Below are positions 22,605 through 34,281 of a stretch of 64,000 nt of DNA, in pieces. Position 1 is the first letter of the stretch; each line of letters starts with the position of its first letter. Below the pieces are notes generated by a model that saw only the letters and a program-made list of their open reading frames with translations, was not told the origin of the DNA and ran no database searches. The stretch comes from a bacterium (GTDB lineage Bacteria > Cyanobacteriota > Vampirovibrionia > Gastranaerophilales > Gastranaerophilaceae), in the NCBI GenBank assembly GCA_017629215.1, contig JAGBXP010000046.1, positions 199 to 64,198 of the forward strand. Reading direction: 5' to 3'. The position numbers and the translations under genes were made by a program.

Positions 22605-25202
22605 ATGATAAATTTTGAGAAATTTACTAATTATGTCCAAGAAATCATTTTTACAGCTAACGTAAAAAAAGATTTATATAGAAATACCGAAGTTCAACCA
22701 GAACATATAATTCTTGCAATGATTGAAGATAATGGAATTGCGAAAGATTATTTAGAAGCGTTGAAGTTATTAAATCAACATTTCATCAATGAAATTATTG
22801 CTAAAATAAAATCTTTTCCAACAATTTCTAATCCTAGTAATTCTCAACAAATATTTCTTTCTAAAGATGCAAACACGCTTCTTGAATTAGCATTTGTAGA
22901 AGCTGACACTCTAAAAGACGAGTTTGTTGGAATTGAATGTATACTACTAGCTATGACTAAATTAGAAAATTCTTTTTTACAAAGCCTATTAAAATCTCAA
23001 GGTGTTAATTCAAATTCAGTTTTAAATATTATGAAAAAAATTAGAGGTAATAAAAAAGTGGATAATAAAAACGCAGAAGAAAATTTAAAAGCATTACAAA
23101 AATATTCAACAGATTTAACAGAGCTTGCAAAAAAAGGCAAGTTAGATCCTGTTATTGGTCGAGACGAAGAAGTCCGTAGGATAATCCAAGTACTTAATAG
23201 AAGAACAAAAAACAATCCTGTACTTATTGGAGAACCAGGAGTTGGAAAAACTGCTATTGTAGAAGGCTTAGCTCAAAGAATTATTCGTGGTGATGTCCCT
23301 GAAAGTTTAAAAGAAGTGAAACTAATATCATTAGATTTAGGTGCTTTAGTGGCTGGTGCGAAGTTTAGAGGCGAGTTTGAAGAACGCTTAAAAGCCGTAT
23401 TAAAAGAAGTTCAAGATTCTAACGGTGAGATTGTTATGTTCATTGACGAATTACATACAGTTGTTGGAGCTGGTGCTACAGAAGGTTCTATGGATGCTGG
23501 TAATTTATTAAAACCAATGCTTGCACGAGGAGAGTTAAGAACCATCGGCGCTACCACAATTAATGAATATCGTAAATATATAGAAAAAGATCCTGCTTTG
23601 GAAAGAAGATTTCAGCCAGTATTAGTTGATGAGCCTTCGGTTGAAGATACTATCTCTATTTTACGAGGACTAAAAGAAAAGTACGAAGTACATCACGGTA
23701 TTAGGATTTTAGATAGTGCTTTAATTCAAGCTGCTAAACTCTCTGATAGATATATTACAGACAGGTTTTTGCCCGATAAAGCTATAGACTTGATTGATGA
23801 AGCTGCCTCAGCTTTAAGAATTGAAATTGACTCCATGCCTGAAGAAATTGACACAATGTTTCGTCAAAAAATTCAATTAGAAGTAGAACGTGAAGCATTA
23901 AAAAAAGAATCATCACCTGAATGTACTGCTAAGATAGAAAAATTAACTTCAGAAATCAATTCTCTAGAGGAAAAGATATCAACCTTAAAAACTCAATGGG
24001 AATTAGAAAAGAGTACTATTTCTGGAGAAGCAGGAATAAAAGAAGAAATTGATAGAATAAAAACTCAAATTGCAGAAGCTGAAAGAAACACTGATTTACA
24101 ATTAGCAGCTGAACTCAAATATGGAAAATTAATGGAATTAGAAAAAAAATTACAAGCAGTTCAAGGTAAAGAAAAATCAGAAAATCAGCTTTTAAAAGAA
24201 GAAATTAATGGAGATGATATTGCTAATATCGTAAGTAAATGGACTGGAATTCCTGTAGCAAAGCTAGTTGAATCAGAAATGCAAAAACTACTAAGCATGG
24301 AAGATGTTTTACATAAGCGCCTAATTGGTCAAGATGAAGCTGTGATTACAGTTTCCGACGCTATTCGACGAGCTCGTTCTGGTTTAAAAGACCCAAAACG
24401 TCCAATAGGTACTTTTATATTCTTAGGCCCAACTGGCGTTGGGAAAACGGAATTAGCTAAAGCTCTTGCTGAATTTTTATTTAATGATGACGACGCAATA
24501 ATAAGAATTGACATGTCTGAATATATGGAAAAACATAACGTTTCTCGCCTTGTTGGTGCGCCACCTGGATATGTTGGCTATGAAGAAGGGGGACAACTTA
24601 CAGAAGCTGTTAGACGTAAGCCATATTCTGTAGTTCTTTTTGATGAAATAGAAAAAGCTCACCCTGATGTGTTTAACATTATGCTACAGATTTTTGACGA
24701 TGGGCGTTTAACTGATTCAAAAGGTAGAACTGTCGATTTTAAGAATACAGTTATCATTATGACAAGTAATATTGGCAGTGAAATTATCCTTGAAGATTCC
24801 TTAAATGCGTCATTATCTGGTGGTAATTTTGAAGAAACAAAAGAAAAGATTAATACAATTATGCGTGAAAAGTTTAAACCTGAGTTCTTAAACAGAGTTG
24901 ATGAAACAATTTTCTTTAAAGCTCTTACTCTTCAGCAATTATCATCGATTGTAGATATTCAAATGGATAATTTACATAATTTATTAAAAGAACATAATAT
25001 TACATTTGAAATTAGTAACGATGCAAAAGAATACCTTGCTACCCGTGGATTTAATCCGATTTATGGAGCAAGACCTCTAAAAAGAGTAATTCGCCAACTT
25101 GTTGAAAATCCTCTTTCTAAGGATATACTTGCACTAAAATTCATAGATGGTGATTGTATTAAAATTGATATTAATAATGATGAACTTGTTTTTAATAAAT
25201 AA
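22605..25202 (+). CDS. clpB: ATP-dependent chaperone ClpB
   Basis: Two AAA+ modules ('[15 protein letters not shown]', '[15 protein letters not shown]') with a long coiled-coil middle domain. Start moved to ATG 22605 (GGAG SD, 'MINFEKFT...'). Confidence 0.95.
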   Translation: MINFEKFTNYVQEIIFTANVKKDLYRNTEVQPEHIILAMIEDNGIAKDYLEALKLLNQHFINEIIAKIKSFPTISNPSNSQQIFLSKDANTLLELAFVEADTLKDEFVGIECILLAMTKLENSFLQSLLKSQGVNSNSVLNIMKKIRGNKKVDNKNAEENLKALQKYSTDLTELAKKGKLDPVIGRDEEVRRIIQVLNRRTKNNPVLIGEPGVGKTAIVEGLAQRIIRGDVPESLKEVKLISLDLGALVAGAKFRGEFEERLKAVLKEVQDSNGEIVMFIDELHTVVGAGATEGSMDAGNLLKPMLARGELRTIGATTINEYRKYIEKDPALERRFQPVLVDEPSVEDTISILRGLKEKYEVHHGIRILDSALIQAAKLSDRYITDRFLPDKAIDLIDEAASALRIEIDSMPEEIDTMFRQKIQLEVEREALKKESSPECTAKIEKLTSEINSLEEKISTLKTQWELEKSTISGEAGIKEEIDRIKTQIAEAERNTDLQLAAELKYGKLMELEKKLQAVQGKEKSENQLLKEEINGDDIANIVSKWTGIPVAKLVESEMQKLLSMEDVLHKRLIGQDEAVITVSDAIRRARSGLKDPKRPIGTFIFLGPTGVGKTELAKALAEFLFNDDDAIIRIDMSEYMEKHNVSRLVGAPPGYVGYEEGGQLTEAVRRKPYSVVLFDEIEKAHPDVFNIMLQIFDDGRLTDSKGRTVDFKNTVIIMTSNIGSEIILEDSLNASLSGGNFEETKEKINTIMREKFKPEFLNRVDETIFFKALTLQQLSSIVDIQMDNLHNLLKEHNITFEISNDAKEYLATRGFNPIYGARPLKRVIRQLVENPLSKDILALKFIDGDCIKIDINNDELVFNK

Positions 25203-25250
25203 ATATAAGTAAAAATTTTTTAATTGCAAAAAAATGTTTTATATTGTCAA

Positions 25251-25271
25251 AGCGCACCATTTAGGTGCGCT
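25251..25271. terminator. Bidirectional hairpin between clpB and the convergent ORF
   Basis: AGCGCACC-ATTTA-GGTGCGCT followed by ATTTTGA. Confidence 0.6.
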
Positions 25272-25294
25272 ATTTTGACTTAACTGTATTAAAT

Positions 25295-25672
25295 TTAATC
25301 AAAAAACTTTTTCATTAAATCTTGTTTTTCTTCGCTAGTTGTTGCTGGAATGAAAACTTTAGAATCTACTTTTTTCCATTCACCATCAATTTTTTCCCAT
25401 GTTCCATTTGGAGAATTATTTGTCGATGTACCATTAGTTTTTGTTGTATTGTTATTAAGGTAGTTATTAGGTTTAAACTCTTTGAGAGGTTTTTTTAACT
25501 CTTCCAATTCTTTTCTATGTGCAACTATATAATCAGTTCTTTCATTTTCTCCCGTAGCTACTGGTTTTTTCTTCGGCTTAACACCTGATGGCTTAGTCGA
25601 TGTACCATTAGATGTAATGTTGCCTTGATGCTTTTGTGTAGTAGGTATTGTTAAATTTGTAATTTTTATCAT
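25295..25672 (-). CDS. Hypothetical protein (125 aa), N/T/K-rich
   Basis: GGGAGA SD. Low-complexity composition. Confidence 0.45.
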   Translation of the reverse strand: MIKITNLTIPTTQKHQGNITSNGTSTKPSGVKPKKKPVATGENERTDYIVAHRKELEELKKPLKEFKPNNYLNNNTTKTNGTSTNNSPNGTWEKIDGEWKKVDSKVFIPATTSEEKQDLMKKFFD

Positions 25673-26151
25673 ATTCGTCTCCCTATATTATGTATCCTTA
25701 TGTGTTTATATATCAATAAAGTATTTAACTTATAAAAAATTGCCTTTTTATTTAAGAAATGCTAAGACAAGTTTATAGTCAATAAATATTTTAAATAATA
25801 AAATGGTAAATAGGATAAATGAAGAAAACAAAAAAGAAAACAGGTCGGTTAATCCTTCCTGTTAAGATTTTACACTAGCCGAAATATAAATAGCAATATT
25901 ATTATACAATAAAAAAAATTAAAACACAAATATATATATTAATATTACAAAAATCTTTAAATATATCTTTTATGAATTTTCAAAACCCTTTTATTCTCTG
26001 AATAACTTTTGCGTAAAATTAAAAACTAAATATTAACAAATGTAACAAAATATATAAATAGTATATAAATTTTGTCAATTTTTGTAACATTAATTTGTTT
26101 ATATATATAAGTAGATTTATATACACAAATTAAAAAGACAGAGGATACCTA

Positions 26152-26637
26152 ATGGGTTATTTTGTTAAAAATTCAATAGTTCCACCTCAAGAGGTTGAGG
26201 CGCTTAAAGATATGATATATAAGCGCGCTAGAGAGAGAGCGCAGTCATTAGCAAATGAAGTTCAAAATTCTTATACAACCTCATTTCATGATGAGATTAT
26301 GATATCTGCTAGGGAATCTTTAAACCCTGTAAAAAATCCATTCTTTAAAGAGGTTGAGAATAATAAAATTGAAAAATCTAACGAGACAAATATCGTTGAA
26401 AAAAATGAAATACAGTCTGCTAAAAGAAATGTTGAGGATATTAAAGCTCAAATTCACAAGAAAAATAACGAAGAAATTAATAATATAACAGTGAACACCA
26501 TTCAAGCTGTTATGGATAACGCGAGAGTTAATCTAAGTAATAAACAAAGCTTTATAGGTGCTTTAAATTTTTTAAATTCACAAGCATCTATTGCATTAAT
26601 CAAAAAAAACTCTACAAAGTTTGAGGCAACAGCATGA
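26152..26637 (+). CDS. Hypothetical protein (161 aa)
   Basis: AGAGGA SD. Preceded by a 480-nt AT-rich gap containing TGTAACA motifs. Confidence 0.5.
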   Translation: MGYFVKNSIVPPQEVEALKDMIYKRARERAQSLANEVQNSYTTSFHDEIMISARESLNPVKNPFFKEVENNKIEKSNETNIVEKNEIQSAKRNVEDIKAQIHKKNNEEINNITVNTIQAVMDNARVNLSNKQSFIGALNFLNSQASIALIKKNSTKFEATA

Positions 26638-26682
26638 TTATTACATAAATTTTTAAAAATATTATTTTTTGTTTTATTAGCC

Positions 26683-29600
26683 CTATTCTACATTACAAGA
26701 AAATTTAGTTCCTACGACTTGTTTTTCCTTATGAGAGTATATATCATTAAATATTTGATATTGTGTATTATAACTACCTTTAAAAGCAAGCCTTTTGCCA
26801 ATATCTTTAGCATGCTTTAATACCATTACACCATTTTTAGCAGTAAATCCATTTAAAGAAATTTTACCACCATTTTTATTTACAATACGAAATTTATTAT
26901 CAATTTTTTTAATTATATATTCTGCTTTATCTCTAGCATCAGAATTTAAGAAGGTTAATCCTAGAGGTAATGATATTCCTGCACAAAGTTCAATAAAATC
27001 AATATCAACATTTTTTTGTATTGGAACATAACGATTATCAGGATTGAATGAGTCTATTTTATTTTCCTCAAAAAAGCTTTTTTTGTTTTCATCAGTTATT
27101 CCTAATGATTTAAAATAATCAAATCTATTACTAACATTAATACCAGTAGCATTAAATATAGAAACTGTCATGTTGCCATAGCCATCTTGCATTATAAATG
27201 CTGGGATATTTTTATCAGAAGTCATAGCACCATAAGCTGTACCTGTATTAAGAGCTTTTACACCATTTCTATTTCTAATATTTACGCCTTCTAGCATAAA
27301 TTGTTGAATTTTAGTTCTAAAATCTTTAAAAATGCCATCCTCTAGTTCTGACCATGGTAATGGATTTCTATTTTTTAAATAAATATTTTTAGCTTTTTCA
27401 TCATACCCACTCATTCCAAGTTCATCACCACCATAAATTGTTGGAATACCTACTAATGCAGAAAGAAAACTCATCATCATTGAAGCTTTTTGGATAGCTG
27501 GTTCTGTTGCATTTTTCCAAACATTAAGAATTATATCATCAGAATTTGCAAAATGTTGATTTTCACCAAGTTTTCCATCCTTACGAGCTTTATATTCTGC
27601 TTGCTCTATTAACATTTCAAGTGATGTCTTAAAATCCTCAGACGCAAAAGCTTTTTTCGCCATCGTTAAAGCTGAATTCTCAAATGTTGGTAATGGGGTT
27701 TTGTTTGCATCAATATTTGCTTTATCGTATTTTTTCACAAATTCTTTACAAGCATCTAAAAATCTTGCCCTAGTATCAGCTTCTTCACCCATCACGTTGA
27801 TAAAAGCTTTTCTTATGAGTCCAACAACAGCTACTGTGTATAAAGAATATTTCTCATAATCTTTTTCTTGAGATGAAGCTCCCTCATTACTACCTCTCAG
27901 TATTAAATCTATTTTATTATAATTACTTCTTTTAATATCATCCAAAACTTTTTTAATTGTATTATCATTTGTTTTAAGAGGCTCTTGAATATAACTCAAA
28001 TCATTATGCACATAAAATTCTTCTATTAATTGAGATTTATTAGCTTCCCTAACAATAGCTTCTATATCTGAATCAGAAATTTGAATTTTCGCCAACTTAA
28101 CGATAGCATTCAATGCGTTTTCTACACTAGCTAATTCCTGGATATTGATTGCAGGAATTTTTGTCGTATTACCATTATCCTTAAAATTGCCATTTGTTAA
28201 ATCTACAAGAGCAGACTTAATATAACTTAATTCAAGATCTGTAGCTATTCCATTTAAAGAATCATTTATAGCATTTCTTAATAATTGACTTGTAGCAACT
28301 GCATAAAGACTAGCTGTTTTGAAATATTCAGGATTATCAATGTTCAATTTTGCTTCTAACGGTAAACTATCAAAATCATCAGCATTTGTTAATTGTTTCA
28401 AAGTTTCAATTCTATTTTCTCTATTTAATTTATAGTCCAAAACGCCTTCTTTATTTTGTAAAGAAAGAGAGCCATGAAATAATTTCATATCAAGAGCAAG
28501 CCCATGCAATATTCTTGGTTTATCATGATTACCAACAAATGTATACAAACTCCTTACATAATCAGCACTTCTAGTATTAATTAATTCATTGGTTTTACAA
28601 TAAAAATTGTTACAACGTATTCTTGTAGCTTCTTCTAGACTCATGTTCGGATTTGCAACAATAGCTTCTCCATTTGTTAAATCAGGACCGAAGGTTTTTA
28701 ATAAATCTGTAAAGAAATAAGAATATGCAGCCTCTGATGTAATACCTGTCTCATTAAACAATTTAATCATTGTCTCTGGTACAGACTTAAATTTTAACCC
28801 TATATTTGGCATATTATCATAACAACTTGTTCTTTCTCCAAGAGAATCTCTCATTACATCAGGTATATCCGTAAGTTCAGCCATTATATATGCTTGAGGA
28901 GTTACAGTTTTAATAGTTTGAACTAATTTACCCCAAAAATTTGTTAAATTCGTAAATATTTGATCAAAAGTTGCATCTTGACTTCTTATAGCATCTTGAT
29001 CTTCTGTATCCTTTGCAGCATCTAACCTCCAAGCCAAATCCTTACCAGCCTTATTAACCATCGCTTCTGCTATTCTAAAGCTGTTTGTACTAAGACCACT
29101 AATCCTACTAAAAATTGATTTTGATAAAAACTCTGCATCAGTAGAATTCAGTTTACTTAAACCTTTTTTTATCAATCTAGATAACGCCATTGCTTCTTCT
29201 TCTGGAGTAGCTTCATCTATACCTAAAGATTTTAAACTTGTCATTTCTTTAATATGTCGATAATCGTAAGTAATTTCACCATTTGGTAAAATTTTTGTTT
29301 TTAATTTATCACCAGTTAATGACTTTAGAAATGCGTATTTTGTAATATCGGCACCTATTAATTCAATAACGTATTCTCCAAATTCAGTATAATTACCATG
29401 CTCATCAAGAAGCTTCTCTTGAGAGCTAGCATTAACTTTATTAATAATTTCATCTGCAAAACCTTTAATCTCATTTGCAAACATTGAATTTACTTTAAGA
29501 TAAACACTCTTATATTCTTCAACCAAATGAGGATTATCCTTTTGTAGTAATTCAAACCTACTTAGACCTAACGTATCTTCGTCAATCGCTCTGTTTGAAA

Positions 29601-31452
29601 AATATGAAGTTGAAAGAACACCAACTGTATTTTCTGCAAATTCTAACGTATCTAACGGCAATTCCATTAAAGCTTTAAGAGTCGTATTATCCTTATCATA
29701 CTCACCTTTTTGAGCTAAAATATAGAACCCTCTTTTAATGTTGTTTATTTCATCTTCGTTTAAGAAAGCTTCACTAGGCAAAAGACCTTTTGATATAAAA
29801 TCTTCAATTTGCGTAGATGACTCAGCATTTTTTAACACTTGTGCCGAATAAAGAATTTGAGAATTTTTTACTTTTGAAGCCCAATATTTTACAACCTGAT
29901 GAGCTAAATCTTGGACTTCAAAAGCTCCTCGTTTGCGTAATTCTTTTATTCTACTTTTTTGTAAAGGATTGAGAATATATTGCTCTAACTTTTCGTCATA
30001 ACCTGATGTATGATAATTCAGTTTTACCATATCAGTATTAGCATCCCAAGCAACCAAGCCACCTTCTGATTTTTTATAGAGCTTAAAATTAGAAAACTGA
30101 GCAATATACATTGTACCTTCAGGAGAATTTATAGCTACATTTTTCTTATTATTTTTTATATATGACTCAAGTCTATCACTGTATTCCTGAGGATTTACTT
30201 CAAATACATAATTAATCAAAGTATCATTGTGAGAATTTATTTTAAGGAAATCTCCAGATTTAAGTTTTTGATAAGTTTCAATAGGCTTATCTAATTTTGA
30301 CAATTGTTCTTTTGTTACTTGACTACTGTCATAAATCTGAAATAGCGTTTCCTTTTTAGAATTATAATTATGATTTTTTTCAATCTTATGAGTTTTTTCG
30401 TTATATATTGTAGGAGGATTGATTACTCTATGGCTTAATGTTTGCTTGTTTTTTGGAAATACGCCTAAGCCTATTGGCTGGTTTTTAATACCCTGCATTT
30501 TAAACCAATAATATGTTTGAGGATTTTTATCAGCCCACCTTAATGCATATTGAAAGTGAATTCCCTCAAGTCCTTCTGATGTTAAAGTTGCATCATATAG
30601 ATATGTCATACCCTTTTGAAACAATTTTCGAATATAGGAATTAAACTGTTCTGTATTTCCCATATCATCAGAAATTTGCATGTTATTTTTGTTCCAATAA
30701 TGATGTCCTGAACGATTATCACCACCAGCAATAGGGTTTGCGACTTGAACTTTACAACCAATTTTTGAAAGATAATCAAGATTATATTCTAGTCCAGCAA
30801 GGTTGCCTCCTGTTTTGCTTGAAAAATGTCTTTGAGTTTTTTCCAATTCTGCTTGCAAATTCTTATCTAAGAAAATATCTCCTGTATTATCATCATTGAA
30901 AGATTTTGCATAAATACCAACTCTTTGTGAATCAGGGAATGTAGAATAGCCAGCTCCGTAAACTCTTGGCAGTGTCCCTTTTCGAGATACGAAAGTATAA
31001 TCATTTGGCTTGTTCTTATCGTCTAAAGATTTAGCATGAGTATAAAATATTACTTTGCCATTTTCTACCCTAAAATTTTGTCCAGAATCAGCTCCTTCAG
31101 CTATAATTTCACCACTATTTTTATCTCTTCTGATATATTTATAAGCAAAAGGTTCTGTATCATTTAGACCAATAAGAGATTTAACATCAACATCTGTACC
31201 AGTTGCATCTAAAGTTATTTTAGCTAAGGGGGTTTTAATTAATTCATATTCGTAATTAGGAAGTTGTTTAAGCTTAAATAAAAGTATTTCGCAATTTTCA
31301 TTATCATAATCAAAAGGATAATTAAAACGATAAACGTTATTTCCAATGTTATCTATAGAATGCTGTATACCTTTAAACTGAATATTTTGATAATTCGCAC
31401 TAACACGATTTATAAACACCACTAATACTCCTATACTAACACAATGATACAA
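26683..31452 (-). CDS. Giant alpha-amylase-family (GH13-like) protein, ~1580 aa, no signal peptide seen
   Basis: GH13 regions II 'WRLDAAKD', III 'IMAELTD', IV 'FVGNHDKPR' and 'PTIYGGDELGM'. The region I-like 'YLYDATLTSEG' lies ~500 aa upstream of region II. An alternative GTG start at 31422 has an AGGAG SD. Confidence 0.7.
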   Translation of the reverse strand: MYHCVSIGVLVVFINRVSANYQNIQFKGIQHSIDNIGNNVYRFNYPFDYDNENCEILLFKLKQLPNYEYELIKTPLAKITLDATGTDVDVKSLIGLNDTEPFAYKYIRRDKNSGEIIAEGADSGQNFRVENGKVIFYTHAKSLDDKNKPNDYTFVSRKGTLPRVYGAGYSTFPDSQRVGIYAKSFNDDNTGDIFLDKNLQAELEKTQRHFSSKTGGNLAGLEYNLDYLSKIGCKVQVANPIAGGDNRSGHHYWNKNNMQISDDMGNTEQFNSYIRKLFQKGMTYLYDATLTSEGLEGIHFQYALRWADKNPQTYYWFKMQGIKNQPIGLGVFPKNKQTLSHRVINPPTIYNEKTHKIEKNHNYNSKKETLFQIYDSSQVTKEQLSKLDKPIETYQKLKSGDFLKINSHNDTLINYVFEVNPQEYSDRLESYIKNNKKNVAINSPEGTMYIAQFSNFKLYKKSEGGLVAWDANTDMVKLNYHTSGYDEKLEQYILNPLQKSRIKELRKRGAFEVQDLAHQVVKYWASKVKNSQILYSAQVLKNAESSTQIEDFISKGLLPSEAFLNEDEINNIKRGFYILAQKGEYDKDNTTLKALMELPLDTLEFAENTVGVLSTSYFSNRAIDEDTLGLSRFELLQKDNPHLVEEYKSVYLKVNSMFANEIKGFADEIINKVNASSQEKLLDEHGNYTEFGEYVIELIGADITKYAFLKSLTGDKLKTKILPNGEITYDYRHIKEMTSLKSLGIDEATPEEEAMALSRLIKKGLSKLNSTDAEFLSKSIFSRISGLSTNSFRIAEAMVNKAGKDLAWRLDAAKDTEDQDAIRSQDATFDQIFTNLTNFWGKLVQTIKTVTPQAYIMAELTDIPDVMRDSLGERTSCYDNMPNIGLKFKSVPETMIKLFNETGITSEAAYSYFFTDLLKTFGPDLTNGEAIVANPNMSLEEATRIRCNNFYCKTNELINTRSADYVRSLYTFVGNHDKPRILHGLALDMKLFHGSLSLQNKEGVLDYKLNRENRIETLKQLTNADDFDSLPLEAKLNIDNPEYFKTASLYAVATSQLLRNAINDSLNGIATDLELSYIKSALVDLTNGNFKDNGNTTKIPAINIQELASVENALNAIVKLAKIQISDSDIEAIVREANKSQLIEEFYVHNDLSYIQEPLKTNDNTIKKVLDDIKRSNYNKIDLILRGSNEGASSQEKDYEKYSLYTVAVVGLIRKAFINVMGEEADTRARFLDACKEFVKKYDKANIDANKTPLPTFENSALTMAKKAFASEDFKTSLEMLIEQAEYKARKDGKLGENQHFANSDDIILNVWKNATEPAIQKASMMMSFLSALVGIPTIYGGDELGMSGYDEKAKNIYLKNRNPLPWSELEDGIFKDFRTKIQQFMLEGVNIRNRNGVKALNTGTAYGAMTSDKNIPAFIMQDGYGNMTVSIFNATGINVSNRFDYFKSLGITDENKKSFFEENKIDSFNPDNRYVPIQKNVDIDFIELCAGISLPLGLTFLNSDARDKAEYIIKKIDNKFRIVNKNGGKISLNGFTAKNGVMVLKHAKDIGKRLAFKGSYNTQYQIFNDIYSHKEKQVVGTKFSCNVE

Positions 31453-31563
31453 AAGATATTTGCGACTAATTTAATAAATAAATTAAAAAATCTAATATAC
31501 TACAATACACATAATGTACCTGCTTTTATAGTACAATAAAAAGCTAGATTTTACAACAAGATT

Positions 31564-32910
31564 TTATATATCAACATTCATCATCATATTAACAAGAGTA
31601 TCAATTGTATTTTGCATATTAACGCTATCAGAAGTCCTTTGTTGTAGAAAAGCATTGATTTTTGGCATCATTTCAATAGCTATATCTAGTTTAGGGTTTG
31701 ATCCAGGCTGATACATGCCGACATCAATCAAATCTTTATTTTCACGATACATTGCTAAGATTTTTCTCATCTTAGCTGCAGCTTCCTTATGTTCAGGAGA
31801 TGCAATTGCTGACATTAAACGTGATATACTCCCTAGTACATCAATTGCGGGATAATGGTTTGCTTCTGCAACTTTTCTTGAAAGAAAAATGTGTCCATCT
31901 GTAATCCCACGAACAGTATCAACGATTGGGTCATTAATATCATCACCTTCCATAAGTACAGTATAAAAAGCTGTGATAGATCCTTTTTCACTATTACCAG
32001 CTCTTTCTAAAGCTTTTTGAAGCCAAGAAAATATAGAAGGTGGATAACCTTTCATTGTTGGAGGTTCTCCGATAGATAATCCAACTTCACGACCTGCCAT
32101 CGCACAACGTGTAATTGTATCTGTCATTAAAAAGACTTTTTTACCTTGATCCCTAAAATATTCACAAACAGCAGTCGCAGTAAGTAAACATTTTTGACGA
32201 ATTAAAGGTGGTTGATCTCCTGTAGAGCATACAAGAACTGATTTTTTCATACCCTCAGGTCCTAAGGCATCTTCAATAAATTCTTTAACTTCCCTTCCAC
32301 GTTCGCCTATTAAAGCAACAACGTTCACATCTGCATCTGAATTTCTAGCAATCATGCCTAATAAAGTACTTTTACCAACTCCTGAGCCAGCAAACAATCC
32401 CATTCTTTGTCCGCAACCAAAAGTCATGCACGAATCTATCGCTCTAACACCAGTAGAAAACATTTCCTGAATAATCGGTCTTTCGAACGGTCCAGGCGGA
32501 GGTCCTTCAACATTCCTCCAAACTGCGCCAGTGGTATCCATGGGACGTCCATCTATTGGCTCTCCCATAGGGTTTATCAATCTACCAAGTAAAAAATCAC
32601 CTACTGGAATAATTATAGGATTTCCAGTTGTCTGAACTAAGCTACCTTGTCCTATACCAGCTCCATCATATAGTAATAATAATTGTGCAACATCCCCCTT
32701 AAAAGCTACAACTTCAGCAGGTTTTTTTTCACCATTAGCAGCTTCTATATAGCAGAGATCGCCAATTTTTAATCCAGGGAGTTTAACTTCAACAGTAAGT
32801 CCAAGAAGCTTTGAAACACTTCCTTTATATTGATATAAATCAATCTTCTTCAAAGTGTTATCAACGCTAGATTTAAGATTGTCTAAATATTCTTGATTTA
32901 TCCCTTCCAT
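31564..32910 (-). CDS. fliI: Flagellum-specific ATP synthase FliI
   Basis: 'GLFAGSGVGKSTLLGMIA' Walker A, 'VFLMTDTITRCAMA' and F1/T3SS-ATPase-like architecture. Confidence 0.92.
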   Translation of the reverse strand: MEGINQEYLDNLKSSVDNTLKKIDLYQYKGSVSKLLGLTVEVKLPGLKIGDLCYIEAANGEKKPAEVVAFKGDVAQLLLLYDGAGIGQGSLVQTTGNPIIIPVGDFLLGRLINPMGEPIDGRPMDTTGAVWRNVEGPPPGPFERPIIQEMFSTGVRAIDSCMTFGCGQRMGLFAGSGVGKSTLLGMIARNSDADVNVVALIGERGREVKEFIEDALGPEGMKKSVLVCSTGDQPPLIRQKCLLTATAVCEYFRDQGKKVFLMTDTITRCAMAGREVGLSIGEPPTMKGYPPSIFSWLQKALERAGNSEKGSITAFYTVLMEGDDINDPIVDTVRGITDGHIFLSRKVAEANHYPAIDVLGSISRLMSAIASPEHKEAAAKMRKILAMYRENKDLIDVGMYQPGSNPKLDIAIEMMPKINAFLQQRTSDSVNMQNTIDTLVNMMMNVDI

Positions 32911-32996
32911 ATATTTATATTATCATATTTTTAAATTAAAGAGCAAGAGTGTATAAAAAATCACACTTGCTCATCGGGTTTCTGTATATTTTGAGT

Positions 32997-33248
32997 CTAT
33001 GCTTCAATAAATAGTTTTCTTCCAACTATATTGGGTTGGTTATTATAATAACCTGCGAAATATCCACCAATAACAGGCTTATTTTGTCCATAGGTCATAA
33101 ATGGATTTTCGTGCATTGGCTGCACAAAAGGGTTTTTTGATGCAAAGGGGTTAGATGATGTTTTAGCTCCAGCTCTTTTAATACTTCCAGCATGTGAGGT
33201 CGGTGTCGGTACTAAAACTCTAGATAATAAATTTACAAATTCTGACAT
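32997..33248 (-). CDS. Hypothetical protein (83 aa)
   Basis: ORF only. Confidence 0.35.
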   Translation of the reverse strand: MSEFVNLLSRVLVPTPTSHAGSIKRAGAKTSSNPFASKNPFVQPMHENPFMTYGQNKPVIGGYFAGYYNNQPNIVGRKLFIEA

Positions 33249-33516
33249 ATATTAGTTAAGCCTTTCTAAAGGGTCTTTAATGTTTATTTTTAATAAGTCA
33301 ACAATTAGGTTATCGTCATTTTTGTTTAAAACTTTACAAGAAAAATAAAAACATCAACTATAAGGATGATATTTTAATAGAAACATCTAAGACGTGCGTA
33401 AGAAGATATACTCTTACAAGTATAAAATAACCTTCCTAAATAACTTATATATGGTCTTATTAGAAAATATACATTAACAAATTTATTAAATACCCTTATA
33501 AAATACAAAAAATGGC

Positions 33517-33544
33517 TTGACTTCAAAAAATGAGCATGTATTAT
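33517..33544 (+). promoter_or_regulatory. Putative sigma70-type promoter of tRNA-Gly
   Basis: TTGACT, 16-nt spacer, TATTAT, ending ~24 nt before the tRNA 5' end. Confidence 0.5.
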
Positions 33545-33567
33545 AATTATATAGACAAACGCAATAT

Positions 33568-33642
33568 GCGGGGGTAATTCAGTGGTAGAATGCCTCCTTG
33601 CCAAGGAGGATGTCGCGAGTTCGAGCCTCGTCTCCCGCTCCA
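33568..33642 (+). tRNA. tRNA-Gly (anticodon GCC), CCA encoded
   Basis: Hand-folded: acceptor GCGGGGG, anticodon arm CCTCC-TTGCCAA-GGAGG, T-arm GCGAG-TTCGAGC-CTCGT, 3' TCCA. Confidence 0.92.
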
Positions 33643-33647
33643 TTTAA

Positions 33648-33673
33648 AGAAAGACCGTTAAGGTCTTTTTTTT
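33648..33673 (+). terminator. Intrinsic terminator after tRNA-Gly
   Basis: AAGACC-GTTAA-GGTCTT plus T-run. Further hairpins at 33750-33770 and 33808-33832. Confidence 0.7.
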
Positions 33674-33954
33674 ATTGGGAGACTCGGCAAGCCTCTTCCC
33701 TCCATTGACTTATACAAATATTTTACGTTCCAAATAATATTCTACGAAAAACAGTACATTTAGTACTGTTTTTCTGCACGTCAACGGAGTCCTTCGCTCC
33801 ATAAAGAAGAGTCCATCAAAGGGCTCTTTTTTATTGCGTTTCAGCCTGATTTTACTTGGCGAAATTAATAATAAATAATACAAATATTGAAAAGGCTCAA
33901 GAATTAATAAAAACAATTGAAGAAAAAACAATTGTTAATACGTAATAGAGCTTT

Positions 33955-34281
33955 TCAATTCTTAACAACAAATTCAACTATTTTATAAATTAATTCCAAT
34001 TTACTTTGATTATTATTGATTAGATTTAGATTTTTGTATATTCCTGCTAATAATTCTTCAGGTAATTTAATATGATTAGTTACAAAAAGTTCTTCAACTG
34101 TTGTGTCTAAGGCTTCGATTAAGTTTTCAATAGTCTCTGCTGATACAAAACAAGCTCCCACTTCTATCTTACTCAAATTTTTAGGTGCAATATTTATCAT
34201 CTCTGCAAGTTGTTCCTGAGTAAGGTTTTTTGTTTTTCTCAATCGCTTAATTTTTTCACCAAATATTTTTTTTATATCCAT
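33955..34281 (-). CDS. XRE-family HTH transcriptional regulator
   Basis: 'IKRLRKTKNLTQEQLAEMINIAPKNLSKIEVG' is the Cro/C1-type HTH. Confidence 0.8.
   Translation of the reverse strand: MDIKKIFGEKIKRLRKTKNLTQEQLAEMINIAPKNLSKIEVGACFVSAETIENLIEALDTTVEELFVTNHIKLPEELLAGIYKNLNLINNNQSKLELIYKIVEFVVKN

Noticed and set aside
33374-33931. ORFs 33374..33643 and 33710..33931 on the minus strand.
   Set aside because: The first overlaps tRNA-Gly and its promoter. The second runs through a string of terminator hairpins. Neither has an SD or recognisable content.
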